Counted from the first letter of the stretch, positions 1 through 9,703 are shown. The stretch: DNA of 64,000 nt from a virus (IMGVR_UViG_3300017778_003242:15284-79283); one strand, 5' to 3'. The notes: generated from the letters alone by a model not told the origin. A program made the numbers and translations.

Positions 1-170
1 CTGGCAAATACCATCCGATCCTCACCGTACACGATGAGCTGATCGCCGAAGTGCTGTTGGGCCAAGGCGATGCGAAAGAGTTCGAAGGGATCATGGAACT
101 GATGCCACCGTGGGCCGCAGGCTTCCCGCTGAAATCGGAAGCTGACATCCTGCACAGGTATCGCAAATGA
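1..170 (+). CDS. DNA polymerase I (family A) C-terminal fragment, truncated at the window start
   Basis: Open frame from nt 3 to TGA 168-170 reads GKYHPILTVHDELIAEVLLGQGD... The VHDE motif is Pol A motif C. The stop overlaps the next ATG (ATGA). Confidence 0.55.
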   Translation, partial: GKYHPILTVHDELIAEVLLGQGDAKEFEGIMELMPPWAAGFPLKSEADILHRYRK

Positions 171-517
171 CGCCTGATCTCGCTGCACGTCGATTGCTCA
201 TGGCCGCGTTGCTGTACTACGAATTCAGCACGAACGTCATGAGCGACCACGAGTACGACGCTCTGGGTGTTTTCGTGAGAGACAACTTCAGCACGCTCAA
301 CGAGACATTGCGTTTCTGCATTGGCGAAGAATGGCCTATCGATGATGGATTGTCATGGACGGCGAGCGGTGCGAGTTTCAAGTACACCCGTCGCATGTTC
401 TACGGCGCGCTCGCGTGGGCTGACCACGAAGGCCTCCGCGTAGACAATCGACGTGAGTGGGAGATGGTTGACTTCGATCTGGAAACTGGAATAGAATACG
501 ATCAAGCAAGAGGCTGA
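167..517 (+). CDS. hypothetical protein (116 aa)
   Basis: ORF translationally coupled to the neighbouring genes. No recognisable motif. Confidence 0.4.
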   Translation: MTPDLAARRLLMAALLYYEFSTNVMSDHEYDALGVFVRDNFSTLNETLRFCIGEEWPIDDGLSWTASGASFKYTRRMFYGALAWADHEGLRVDNRREWEMVDFDLETGIEYDQARG

Positions 518-1062
518 TGATGACCATTTTTCTCGACGTTGACGATACTCTCGGTGACTTCCGCGGCCACGCTATCGACCTCGGCGTGCCCCCATGGGAA
601 GGCTCTTGGTACACGACTGATCCAGCGACATGGACGCAGGAACAGAAGGACATCCAGAAAGCCACCAACGACATCATGCGGAAGGAAAGCTTTTGGTTGA
701 CGATGCCGGTTACGCCGGGCGCTCACGAGCTGATCGCTGCCGCGTTCACGCGGGATGAAACGTATCTTCTCACGGCGCTTCCGTCGTTCGCGAAGGACAA
801 AGAAACTCAGGACATGATCCGCGGCGTTAAACTGGAGTACGCCCGGAACACGCTTCACATCCCGAAGGAACGTGTCATCATCTGCCAGCGCAAGGACAAG
901 GTAGACTATGCCGTACAACATGACTATGACAATGAACCAAATCTGCTGGTGGATGATGCTGCACAAAACGTCAGTGAGTGGAATGCTGGCGGCGGCATTG
1001 CAATTCATCACACAACTGTCTCTCATTCAATTCGTGCATTGAAGGCTCACTTCGGCAGGTGA
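517..1062 (+). CDS. HAD-superfamily 5'(3')-deoxyribonucleotidase-like phosphatase
   Basis: N-terminal FLDVDDTLGDF is a DxDxT HAD motif I. Size and context (next to dNMP kinase and RNR) fit a phage dNMP phosphatase. Confidence 0.55.
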   Translation: MMTIFLDVDDTLGDFRGHAIDLGVPPWEGSWYTTDPATWTQEQKDIQKATNDIMRKESFWLTMPVTPGAHELIAAAFTRDETYLLTALPSFAKDKETQDMIRGVKLEYARNTLHIPKERVIICQRKDKVDYAVQHDYDNEPNLLVDDAAQNVSEWNAGGGIAIHHTTVSHSIRALKAHFGR

Positions 1063-2576
1063 TTACCGAGCCTCCATACCGCTCTAAGACCAAGCCATAC
1101 AAGCACCAAGCTCGCGAGTTCGAAGAGAACCGCAACGAGCGCAAGCGTGCGATGGCGTGGTCAATGAGGACTGGAAAGACGAAGGCTATCTTCGATCTTG
1201 CCGACTACCTGCATCGTGGGCGTGACATCGAAGCGGTCATCGTCATCGCGCCCGATGGCGTCCAGACGAACTGGATCAAGCGGGAGCTTCCCGTCCACTT
1301 CGCGGGCATGTCTTCTACCTTCATCTACAATCCCGCCGCGGCTGGCAATCAAGGCTACAAAGCCCGGTTCGCACAGACGATGACGAGCAAGGTCTATAAC
1401 GGTCGTCTCCAGATATTCGCCATCGGATCGGACAGCATCCGCACCGAGAACGGCAAGAAGTATCTGACTGAGATGATCCGTGCGCGCCAAGGCCGCGTGC
1501 TTCTAGTGATCGACGAATGCCATATGTTCGGATCGCCCTCATCGTCGCGAGGCCGCGTCGCTCGTGCGCTAGGAAAGGGATGCAACTGGATTCGGATCAT
1601 GTCTGGATCGATTGGCGGTAACACGCCGCTGCGCATCTGGGGCCAGTACGAAATCCTCGAACCCGGCGCGCTGGGGTTCAAGACCCATGGCGCGTTCAAG
1701 GCACATATCGCGACTGAGGTAACGCGCCGGACGCGCGACGGACGCAACTATCAGGAGATCACCGGGTACAAGAACCTCGACGACCTAGCTATGCGTCAAT
1801 CCAAATTCACGTCCATTGTGCGACGGGAAGATTGCGACGACATGCCGAAGCTCAATCGCATCCGGCGCGTGGTCGTGATGACCGACAAGCAGAAGGCGCT
1901 CTACAAGAAGGTCGAGAAGGAAGGCTTGCTCAACGAGTACGAAGTCAGCGGCGCTGGTCTTCTGAGCAAGCTCGCGCAGATCGCGGGCGGTTGGTACTAT
2001 GATGAGCATAGCATCGCGCATGACATCATCGATCCCGGCCATAACCCGCTCGTCCAAGCGATCCTGAACGAAGTGTCCGAGGGACGCTCGCCGGTCACCA
2101 AGGAAGACGGCCCGACCACCGGCGAGATCAAGCGCAAGAAGTATATCATCTGGGCTAACTACACCCACGATCTCGAACTCATGTCCGCTGCGCTGAAGAA
2201 GGCGGACATCCCTCACGTGACGTACTTCGGCACGGGGATGAGCAAGGAAGAGAAGCAGTCGGCGATCGACAGCTTCATGAACAATCCCGAGATCGCGGTG
2301 TTCATCGGTCAGCCGAAGAGCGGCGGTATCGGTCTGAACCTGTCCGCCGCCGATGTCATTATCTGGATGTCGCACACGTTCGACATCGTCGTTCGCGAAC
2401 AGGCTGACGAGCGCGCGACCAAGGTCGGCGGTAAGACCATCGACATCATCGACTTTGAAGTCGAGAATTCAGTGTTTGGGTACATCCTTGAGGCACAAGA
2501 ATTCAAGATCGATATTCGTGAACAAGTGGCCGGGCTTGGTCTGAAAACGATCATCGAAATGCGCGGCCTGATTTGA
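1059..2576 (+). CDS. SNF2/DEAD-like superfamily II DNA helicase
   Basis: KPYKHQ Q-motif, GKT Walker A (MRTGKTKA), DECH box (LLVIDECHMFG) and a helicase C domain (GMSKEEKQSAIDSF, GGIGLNL). The start is placed at GTG 1059, which overlaps the upstream stop (GTGA). Alternative starts are possible. Confidence 0.7.
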   Translation: MITEPPYRSKTKPYKHQAREFEENRNERKRAMAWSMRTGKTKAIFDLADYLHRGRDIEAVIVIAPDGVQTNWIKRELPVHFAGMSSTFIYNPAAAGNQGYKARFAQTMTSKVYNGRLQIFAIGSDSIRTENGKKYLTEMIRARQGRVLLVIDECHMFGSPSSSRGRVARALGKGCNWIRIMSGSIGGNTPLRIWGQYEILEPGALGFKTHGAFKAHIATEVTRRTRDGRNYQEITGYKNLDDLAMRQSKFTSIVRREDCDDMPKLNRIRRVVVMTDKQKALYKKVEKEGLLNEYEVSGAGLLSKLAQIAGGWYYDEHSIAHDIIDPGHNPLVQAILNEVSEGRSPVTKEDGPTTGEIKRKKYIIWANYTHDLELMSAALKKADIPHVTYFGTGMSKEEKQSAIDSFMNNPEIAVFIGQPKSGGIGLNLSAADVIIWMSHTFDIVVREQADERATKVGGKTIDIIDFEVENSVFGYILEAQEFKIDIREQVAGLGLKTIIEMRGLI

Positions 2577-2638
2577 AATAGTTGTTGACGCTGTCGCGAG
2601 GCCGCGTTAACCATTCCCCAAGCAAGAAGGAAGACCAC

Positions 2639-3184
2639 ATGACCCACATCGTCGGCATCACGGGTTTCATCGGATCGGGCAAGGACACTGCCGCCGAATA
2701 CCTCATCCAGAATTACGGCTTCAAGGGCGTGAAATTCGCCGATGGTCTGAAGGACATGATGCGCGCGATCGGGATCACCACCGAAGAGCTGGAGGACCGC
2801 AAGCTCAAGGAAGAGCCTCACCCGCTTCTCTGCGGTCGCTCGCCCCGCTATGCCATGCAGAAGCTTGGCACCGAATGGGGCCGCAACCTGATCGCTGATG
2901 AGATGTGGACGAGCCTGTGGGCCGCGCGCTGCAACGGCAAGCGCCTCGTGGTCACCGCCGACATGCGCTTCTTCAACGAAGCCGCTATCGTCGAGAAGAA
3001 CAACGGCATCCTCATCCGTATCCGCCGCCCGGCCACTGATCCGCATCCCGCGACTTGGGCTGACCTTCACCCGAGCGAGCGCGACATCCCCAATCTCCCC
3101 GTCCACTATGAAGTCGAGAACAGCGGTACAATCACCGAACTGTGCAAGACGGTGTACGGCCTCGCATTCCACAAACCGCAGTAA
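2639..3184 (+). CDS. deoxynucleoside monophosphate kinase (T4 gp1-like P-loop kinase)
   Basis: MTHIVGITGFIGSGKDTAAEY P-loop resembles the T4 dNMP kinase N-terminus. An AAGGAAG SD lies 7 nt upstream of ATG 2639. Confidence 0.55.
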   Translation: MTHIVGITGFIGSGKDTAAEYLIQNYGFKGVKFADGLKDMMRAIGITTEELEDRKLKEEPHPLLCGRSPRYAMQKLGTEWGRNLIADEMWTSLWAARCNGKRLVVTADMRFFNEAAIVEKNNGILIRIRRPATDPHPATWADLHPSERDIPNLPVHYEVENSGTITELCKTVYGLAFHKPQ

Positions 3185-3192
3185 GGGCTCAC

Positions 3193-3642
3193 ATGGCTAT
3201 CGACGCAGGACTATGGGCATGGATTCAGCCCGTCTGGAAAACAATCACGGGCTTGCACGTCGAACGTGTCGAGAACACTGTCGCGTCCGGCACGCCCGAC
3301 GTTGACGGATGCTATCAATCGTCAGCGTTCAAGATCGAACTGAAGCGTGGCGTCACGTTCAAGACGAACGATGAAGTCGAGATCACCTTCCGCAAGTCAC
3401 AGCCCGGCTGGTTGAAGTCGCGCTGGAACGCGGGCGGCAACGCTTGGGTCTTGATCAAAACCGGGATGGCGGCTAAGATGAAAGTCTACCTCATCCGTGG
3501 ATGTGACATCGGGAAGCTTCGTACAGTCGGCGAAAAGTCGATCTGGCGGACCAACGAGCGGCATCTGTCGGATATTTCCGTCATCGCACCGAACGCAAAA
3601 CCCGAAGATATTCTGCGGGCCGCGGCGGGCATCAGCTTCTAA
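3193..3642 (+). CDS. VRR-NUC / PD-(D/E)xK family nuclease
   Basis: GTPDVDGCY...SAFKIELK matches the PD...(D/E)xK catalytic motif. A TAAGGG SD precedes ATG 3193. Confidence 0.5.
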   Translation: MAIDAGLWAWIQPVWKTITGLHVERVENTVASGTPDVDGCYQSSAFKIELKRGVTFKTNDEVEITFRKSQPGWLKSRWNAGGNAWVLIKTGMAAKMKVYLIRGCDIGKLRTVGEKSIWRTNERHLSDISVIAPNAKPEDILRAAAGISF

Positions 3643-3656
3643 GGAACTACTTCACC

Positions 3657-5567
3657 ATGCAGAACGACATCACCTCCGTTGAACTTCCAACGGACTACCA
3701 AGCTTTTATTCACAAGTCGCGATACGCCCGGTATCTCGATGACAAGAAACGTCGGGAGAGCTGGGGTGAGACGGTCGTCCGCTACATGGAGTACATGGTC
3801 ACCCATCTGCACAAGCAGCATGGCTATACCGCTGACCCGTTCACAGTTGCGGAGATTACCGGCGCTATTCTCCGCTTGGAGATCATGCCGTCGATGCGGG
3901 CGCTGATGACCGCTGGCGAAGCGCTTGATCGCGACCACATTGCGGGCTTCAATTGCTCGTACATCGCCGTCGATCATCCGCGCGCCTTCGACGAAATCCT
4001 CTACATCCTCATGTGCGGCACTGGTGTCGGCTTCTCCGTCGAGCGTCAGCATGTCAGCAAGCTCCCCGCCGTGCCGGAGGAATTCCATCCCGCCGGTTAC
4101 GCGATCAAAGTCGGCGACAGCAAGCTTGGCTGGGCCAAGGCCTACAAGCAGCTCATCGCCGCGCTCTGGGCAGGCGAGATACCCGAATGGGATGACAGCG
4201 GCGTACGCCCGGCTGGAGCCCGTCTGAAGACCTTCGGCGGTCGCGCCTCCGGCCCCGCTCCGCTGCGCCGCCTGTACGACTTCACCGTCGCCATGTTCAA
4301 GAACGCCGCCGGTCGCCAGCTCGAAAGCATCGAAGTCCACGACATCGTCTGCTATATCGCTGACGTGGTCGTCGTTGGGGGCGTCCGCCGGTCAGCTCTG
4401 ATCTCGCTCTCGAACCTGTCCGATCTTCGTATGCGCGAAGCCAAGTCCGGCGCATGGTGGGAAAAGACTGGTCACCGCCAGCTCGCCAACAACTCTGTCG
4501 CCTATAAGGACAAGCCCGAGATGGCTCTGTTCATGGACGAGTGGATGGCCCTCTACAAGTCGAAGAGCGGCGAGCGCGGCATCTTCAACCGTGCGGCGGC
4601 GAAGGCCAAGTGCCGTGAGACTGGACGCGATGAGAAGCATGAGTTCGGCACGAACCCGTGCGGCGAGATCATCCTGCGTTCCATGGGCTTCTGCAACCTG
4701 ACTGAAGTGGTCGCCCGCGCCGACGATTCGGAAATGTCTCTGGAGCGAAAGGTCCGCCTCGCGACCATCCTTGGGACGTGGCAATCGACGCTGACGAACT
4801 ACCGCTACATCCGCAAGAAGTGGCAGGAGAACGCGGAAGAGGAACGTCTGCTTGGCGTTTCGATCACGGGTATCCACGACGCCGCGATCCTGTCGCCGGA
4901 CAACACCCGCCTCGCCGGGATGCTGGGCGCACTGCGTCGTCTGGCGCGAGACACCAACAAGGCTGAAGCCGCGGCGATCGGGATCAATGCCTCTGCCGCC
5001 ATTACGTGCGTGAAGCCGTCTGGGACCGTCTCCCAGCTCGTTGACAGCGCGTCTGGCATCCATGAGCGGCATTCCGAATACTACGTCAGGTGCGTCCGCA
5101 ATGACGCCAAAGACCCGCTGACGAAGTTCATGTTCGACAAGAACTTCATGATGGAAGCCGACCAGATGAACCCCGCCGCCATGGTGATCGAATTCCCGAT
5201 CAAATCACCGGCGGCGGACAAGCCGAAGATGACGGCCATCGAACAGCTCGAATTCTGGAAGACGTACGCTGTCCACTGGTGCGACCACAATCCTTCGACG
5301 ACGGTTTATATCCGGGAAGACGAATGGCTGGCGGTCGGCGCTTGGGTCTACAAGAACTTCGACATCTGCGGCGGGCTGAGCTTCCTGCCCCACGATGGCG
5401 GGACTTACAAGCAAATGCCTTACGAATCGATCACCAAGGCCAAGTATGACGCACTGGTAAGTCAACAGCCGGTCGGCGTGGTCTGGAACGACATGATCGA
5501 GGAAGACGACATGACTGTCGGCTCGCAAGAGCTGGCGTGCTCTGGCGGGTCTTGCGAAATCCGCTAA
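3657..5567 (+). CDS. nrdJ: ribonucleotide reductase, class II (adenosylcobalamin-dependent)
   Basis: 636 aa with the FGTNPCGEIIL active-site cysteine loop typical of RNR. The length and N-terminal region fit monomeric class II NrdJ. Confidence 0.8.
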   Translation: MQNDITSVELPTDYQAFIHKSRYARYLDDKKRRESWGETVVRYMEYMVTHLHKQHGYTADPFTVAEITGAILRLEIMPSMRALMTAGEALDRDHIAGFNCSYIAVDHPRAFDEILYILMCGTGVGFSVERQHVSKLPAVPEEFHPAGYAIKVGDSKLGWAKAYKQLIAALWAGEIPEWDDSGVRPAGARLKTFGGRASGPAPLRRLYDFTVAMFKNAAGRQLESIEVHDIVCYIADVVVVGGVRRSALISLSNLSDLRMREAKSGAWWEKTGHRQLANNSVAYKDKPEMALFMDEWMALYKSKSGERGIFNRAAAKAKCRETGRDEKHEFGTNPCGEIILRSMGFCNLTEVVARADDSEMSLERKVRLATILGTWQSTLTNYRYIRKKWQENAEEERLLGVSITGIHDAAILSPDNTRLAGMLGALRRLARDTNKAEAAAIGINASAAITCVKPSGTVSQLVDSASGIHERHSEYYVRCVRNDAKDPLTKFMFDKNFMMEADQMNPAAMVIEFPIKSPAADKPKMTAIEQLEFWKTYAVHWCDHNPSTTVYIREDEWLAVGAWVYKNFDICGGLSFLPHDGGTYKQMPYESITKAKYDALVSQQPVGVVWNDMIEEDDMTVGSQELACSGGSCEIR

Positions 5568-5613
5568 TCCGTTCTATGGTTAACGCGCTGCGACTGGTCC
5601 TCGTAGCCCTTGC

Positions 5614-5652
5614 GCTCGCCCCTCTGGCCCCGGTCGGAGGGGCGTTTCGCGT
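5614..5652 (+). terminator. rho-independent terminator after nrdJ
   Basis: GCCCCTCTGGCCCCGGTCGGAGGGGC hairpin followed by GTTTCGCGTTT. Confidence 0.5.
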
Positions 5653-5695
5653 TTAGGGCTTGACGGTCTGGCACGCGTTATGCTTCCATTCGTTC

Positions 5696-6037
5696 ATGAA
5701 AAATAAACGCAATCCGCCGCTGTCTTTCGCGTCCCAGTATGAAATCCTTCGTCCAGAGGATAGGGTCATCCTGTTCGCAATCATGGACAATGTCCGTGAG
5801 GGCAAGCGGTGCGTGATTCGGAACCGGGCGATGGATAACGCCTCGATCATCCTGTCCTATGCCGGGCTGATCCGGGTCGGCCAAGAGATCGGTCAACAGC
5901 CGGTCATATACGCGATCACGGCGCGCGGCGTGAAGTTCCACCAGTATATGCAGCAGAAGACCACCCCACAAGCGCAGATGGCGGCGTTGCCACCGTCACA
6001 CCCGCTGCGGACGCTACCACCCTCACAGGCCGCGTAG
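5696..6037 (+). CDS. hypothetical protein
   Basis: ORF after the terminator. The first ATG is at 5696; the listed start at 5660 is TTG. No motif. Confidence 0.3.
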   Translation: MKNKRNPPLSFASQYEILRPEDRVILFAIMDNVREGKRCVIRNRAMDNASIILSYAGLIRVGQEIGQQPVIYAITARGVKFHQYMQQKTTPQAQMAALPPSHPLRTLPPSQAA

Positions 6038-6089
6038 GGCTCACTAACAGTCGATTTGGATGCTAACATCGGCGATGTTACAATACGTC

Positions 6090-6124
6090 GGCACTGTTAG
6101 ATAAATGCCGACGTTTCGTATCAG
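6090..6124. terminator. bidirectional terminator between convergent genes
   Basis: ACGTCGGCA-N12-TGCCGACGT inverted repeat, plus the TAACATCGGCGATGTTA palindrome just upstream. Confidence 0.45.
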
Positions 6125-7770
6125 CGCTGCTTGAACCCGGCCCACGGCTTGCCATTCCAGATCGCCACCATCGCGCGCTTGCCGTTGGCATATGTCACGA
6201 TGAAGCTGTGGGACCAGTTGGACGGGCCTTTATTATACCCTTGATCGAGCGCGCCCATCACGCCAGCCCACCATGCACCGAGCATGATGACACAGCCATG
6301 GATGTGACCGTAGTTCGCCTTGCGTCCGATCTTGGACAGGTTCGCCGTGCCGCCGCGCGCCCCGTTCGAGCCGCGATGCCCGTGATTGCCGCACTCGATA
6401 CCACCACCGAATTCCCTTGCGATGACGAAGCTCTCGTCCTCCCGCAAGAAGCGGGCCTTGGTATCGCAGAACTGATTCAGCGCGTATTCGAGAAGGTGGA
6501 AGTCATCGTCGCCGCGCGCGATCGCCTCATACTTGGCGAGCTGGAGCTTCAGGAAGTACAGGGCGTTCGGCGGGTCGGTCTTATAGTCAGCCTCACGAAG
6601 CCACCGCTCCAGAGCTTCATCGTGGTTGCTATCGACGACCACTGTCTCGCACCACGGGCGGTACACTTCATCGGCGAGGAAGTGAGCACACTCGCGCGTC
6701 TCGTCTTCCACCTTATCCTTGCCCCGGACGTACTTGTCGTACATCTGGTGGGCATCTTTCATGTCGTGGTGCGACCGGCGATCCATGTCGAACAGATCGT
6801 GCTCGAACTCATAGGCCGGGCGCAGTTGATCCTTGATCCCGTTCTTGCCCCAGAACAGGGTCTTCATCCACTGTTCGAGTTTCGCATGGTGGATGTCGCC
6901 GGGGTTCAGGGCGAGCACGATATTTGGGTCAACCTTGGTCGGCTTGATCGTGCGGACCTTGCCGTCGGCGACCACTTTGTTCAGGTCTTGGAAGTTGCCG
7001 TCGTCGTCAGCGGAGAGCTGGCGAACGAACCAGTCGCCGTCGCTATCCACTTCGACGATCAGGGCGGCGAAGCTGTGGTGGAATTCGGCTTTGAGCCCGG
7101 CGTCCTTGTGGATGTAATTCTTCAGCGTCAGAGCGCCTGTAGAATACATGAACTTGGTCGGCTCGTGCTTGCTGGACGCGATCGACTGGAGAGCGACCTT
7201 GGCGTGCGGGATGATGCCCGACTTGCGTCCAGTATACGTCTCATAGCCCGTGAGAGGATGGACCTTGGTCGGGAGGATGTTCGTCTCGCCGCACCACGCG
7301 AGGCCGGGAGCAAGCTCCACGCGGCGATCGACGATGAAGGGGACAATGCGCGGGTCGTACCAGAGCTTGTCTTGGTGTTCGACCTTGGTGCCTTTCTTGA
7401 CGGACATCTCGCCGAAGGCATTGTGGCTGTAGGTGAAGGTGGAGATCATGATCTCCGCGCCAAGGTCGTCGGCGTATGCTTCAAGGTTGGCCCACAAGCC
7501 GTCGTGGATCGCGGTGTTGTTCTGGGCGCTGGTGACGATGTACCGGCTGATATTGGAGCCCTTGGGGAGCGCCTTCTTCTCGATCTTGACCTTGCCCTCT
7601 TTCGATCCGCCCCACATGGGCTTGACCTTCAGATCGGATGATTGGGCCAGACGTTCGCGGATCGCACGCCGGGACACGCCCATGATCTCTGCGACTTTAT
7701 CGGTTGAGCCGTGTTGGTCCATCAGCGCGCGAGTTTCACTCAGAACGCGCAGGTTCGTCGTCGATCCCAA
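6121..7770 (-). CDS. HTH-domain protein fused to a calcineurin-like metallophosphoesterase
   Basis: N-terminal AEIMGVSRRAIRERL HTH. C-terminal half carries GDIHH, SNHDE, GNHGH and GHIHG metallophosphoesterase motifs. It is the last gene of the leftward transcription unit. Confidence 0.55.
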   Translation of the reverse strand: MGSTTNLRVLSETRALMDQHGSTDKVAEIMGVSRRAIRERLAQSSDLKVKPMWGGSKEGKVKIEKKALPKGSNISRYIVTSAQNNTAIHDGLWANLEAYADDLGAEIMISTFTYSHNAFGEMSVKKGTKVEHQDKLWYDPRIVPFIVDRRVELAPGLAWCGETNILPTKVHPLTGYETYTGRKSGIIPHAKVALQSIASSKHEPTKFMYSTGALTLKNYIHKDAGLKAEFHHSFAALIVEVDSDGDWFVRQLSADDDGNFQDLNKVVADGKVRTIKPTKVDPNIVLALNPGDIHHAKLEQWMKTLFWGKNGIKDQLRPAYEFEHDLFDMDRRSHHDMKDAHQMYDKYVRGKDKVEDETRECAHFLADEVYRPWCETVVVDSNHDEALERWLREADYKTDPPNALYFLKLQLAKYEAIARGDDDFHLLEYALNQFCDTKARFLREDESFVIAREFGGGIECGNHGHRGSNGARGGTANLSKIGRKANYGHIHGCVIMLGAWWAGVMGALDQGYNKGPSNWSHSFIVTYANGKRAMVAIWNGKPWAGFKQR

Positions 7771-7828
7771 TGTCGGCTCCTATATGACTTCGGCGCACCA
7801 TGACTGCGTCAAAGTCGCAAGTCAATAG

Positions 7829-8086
7829 TTAATTGCCGTCGCGGGTCTTTTCCAGAACGAACACACGGGCCTTCAAATCGGCGATCTCGGTCGCGTAGTT
7901 GTTGTCACCCTGTTCGCTTATTTGCGCCTGAAGGTTCGATACCTTCTCGGTCAACGTGGCGACGCTAACTGTCAGGCCTTGCGTGGTCATAGCCATCCAC
8001 GCACAGACCGCGCCGAGCGCGGCCATGATCATGGTCTGAAGGTGCCGCTCAACGAAGCTGGCGGATTGTTCGACTTCTTCGGACAT
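7829..8086 (-). CDS. small membrane/coiled-coil protein (lysis-associated?)
   Basis: 85 aa, one TM (MIMAALGAVCAWMAM) followed by a coiled coil. Start overlaps the o-spanin stop. Confidence 0.4.
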   Translation of the reverse strand: MSEEVEQSASFVERHLQTMIMAALGAVCAWMAMTTQGLTVSVATLTEKVSNLQAQISEQGDNNYATEIADLKARVFVLEKTRDGN

Positions 8087-8409
8087 TACGACCCCTCACG
8101 CTGGCGGTAGAAATCAAGTTGGACGACGGCTTCGGCGATCCACCGATATAGTTCGGCGATGTTCTCCATCAGCTTCTCGTGTTCCGATGCTGAGTAGATG
8201 ACGACCACGTTGCCAGATTGCGGGATATCATTGGGCGCGGCGCGGAGATGCGCAGTCACTTCCTGAACTTCAATTGGGGCGGGTAGGGGAAGGACGGGCG
8301 ACGCCGGGACCGGCAGAGGGGCCGGTGACACGCTCGAACATGCCGAACAGAGCAGCGATGCGCCGATTAAGAGCGGCTTCAGCACCCGAGGGATCATCAG
8401 TGAACTCAT
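8086..8409 (-). CDS. outer-membrane spanin (Rz1-like lipoprotein)
   Basis: Signal peptide with LLCSAC lipobox, proline-rich mature part. Overlaps the 3' end of the i-spanin gene in another frame. Confidence 0.6.
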   Translation of the reverse strand: MSSLMIPRVLKPLLIGASLLCSACSSVSPAPLPVPASPVLPLPAPIEVQEVTAHLRAAPNDIPQSGNVVVIYSASEHEKLMENIAELYRWIAEAVVQLDFYRQREGS

Positions 8410-8734
8410 CTTCGATCTCCGCGGCCTTCAGGCCCTTCAAGGCGTCACGAACTTGGCCGCGGATTTGGATCGAAGACTGCCGGAGTTTTTCCAGATCGGA
8501 TTCGAACTTTTCTTGGGCGACGACGAACTCGTCAATCCGGGTCGTTGCGGCTTTGTAATCCGCCTCGATCTGACCAACTTTCGCCTTCAGGTCCGCGTTT
8601 TCACGCTTGGTCCCTGTATAGTCGAAGTACCAGAAAGTGGCAAGCCCGATGAGCGCCATGACGGCCATCATTTGCAGGGCTTGGATCGGGTTCCCCTTGA
8701 TCCATAAGCCGATATTGATAAGCCATAGTGGCAT
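8270..8734 (-). CDS. inner-membrane spanin (Rz-like)
   Basis: N-terminal TM (LWLINIGLWIK...MMAVMALIGLATFW) then a long coiled coil. AAGGA SD before ATG 8734. Embeds the Rz1-like ORF. Confidence 0.6.
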   Translation of the reverse strand: MPLWLINIGLWIKGNPIQALQMMAVMALIGLATFWYFDYTGTKRENADLKAKVGQIEADYKAATTRIDEFVVAQEKFESDLEKLRQSSIQIRGQVRDALKGLKAAEIEDEFTDDPSGAEAALNRRIAALFGMFERVTGPSAGPGVARPSPTRPN

Positions 8735-8738
8735 TGGG

Positions 8739-8999
8739 TTATTCCTTGGCCGGTGCCGCGACGGGCTCGTTGGTCTTTCCGAACTTCCGCTGGTTCGCAT
8801 GGTCCCATGTGGCACCGAAAACGTAGGTGCCGGTCAGCATCGCGAGCGTCCAGAAGCCGTTGGTCAGGATGACTTCGCCGAGACTATCCCCAGCATACCC
8901 CAGAGCCGACCAGCCCATCAAAAGCATGATGAACGCCGTCACCGCGAACAGGTAACGACGCCGGAACAGCCAATGGTGTTTGTCATCCTTGGAAATCAT
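8739..8999 (-). CDS. holin (class II-like, 2 TM)
   Basis: 86 aa with two hydrophobic helices (YLFAVTAFIMLLMGWSALGY; FWTLAMLTGTYVFGA). Sits immediately upstream of the spanins. Confidence 0.55.
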   Translation of the reverse strand: MISKDDKHHWLFRRRYLFAVTAFIMLLMGWSALGYAGDSLGEVILTNGFWTLAMLTGTYVFGATWDHANQRKFGKTNEPVAAPAKE

Positions 9000-9011
9000 G
9001 TCCGTGAGGTA

Positions 9012-9695
9012 TCACGGAACGAAGGTTGAGATCAAGCCTTCGCATGGGGGCAGAGGGGCTGTCAGAGCCTCTGGGAGAGCCACGTAGGGGATATCTGGCC
9101 GTCCGGGCAGCGTCGCCCTCACCACCGGCACGCCCACGTCCCTGAGACGCTGGCAGAGGCCGGAGAGGCGCGGGCCGTAGCGGTCGGTATAGTACATCGG
9201 ATTCGACGGCGTCTGATGCTTGTTATGGTAGTGGCTGGAGCCGTCCTCCGCGTAGCCGCTGTCATAGCCGAGCAGGATGATCCGGGAAGCGCCAAGGTGG
9301 AACGCCAGATTGACGGCCACGCAACCGCTGTCGATGCCCGCCAGATGCGTACGCTCATGGCAGAGCCCGGCATCCTTATCCCGGATCATCCGGCGGAAGT
9401 CGAGCCCCGGCGGGAACATGGACTTGCCCACGGTGACCTTGATCGACGGCGACGCATCGACGGCTTTCTGGTTCCACACATACCAGCGGCGGTCGGCGAA
9501 CAGATGGTACTTGGCCCACGGCGCAATCTCGAACGACTGGTTTACCGATATGGTCGGAATGTGCCGGTAAGGCTCCAGATCGAAGCCCTTGAGCGACGGA
9601 CCGCCGCCGACGCATATGACGGCCTTGCCGAGAAAATCCTCGTCAGGCTGAGCGGCCCACAATTCCCTGCCGGGTCGGTCCATAGGCTTGGGCAT
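9012..9695 (-). CDS. hypothetical protein, Rossmann-like (DUF115/MAF-like?)
   Basis: VICVGGGPSLKGF glycine-rich loop near the N-terminus; 227 aa. Heads the lysis cassette, but no lysozyme or amidase motifs were recognised. Confidence 0.4.
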   Translation of the reverse strand: MPKPMDRPGRELWAAQPDEDFLGKAVICVGGGPSLKGFDLEPYRHIPTISVNQSFEIAPWAKYHLFADRRWYVWNQKAVDASPSIKVTVGKSMFPPGLDFRRMIRDKDAGLCHERTHLAGIDSGCVAVNLAFHLGASRIILLGYDSGYAEDGSSHYHNKHQTPSNPMYYTDRYGPRLSGLCQRLRDVGVPVVRATLPGRPDIPYVALPEALTAPLPPCEGLISTFVP

Positions 9696-9703
9696 CTTTC
9701 ACC

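Noticed and set aside
6208-7641. 477-aa ORF on the + strand
   Set aside because: It is antisense to the well-supported phosphoesterase gene. It is Arg/Leu/Val-rich, a typical shadow ORF of high-GC coding DNA.
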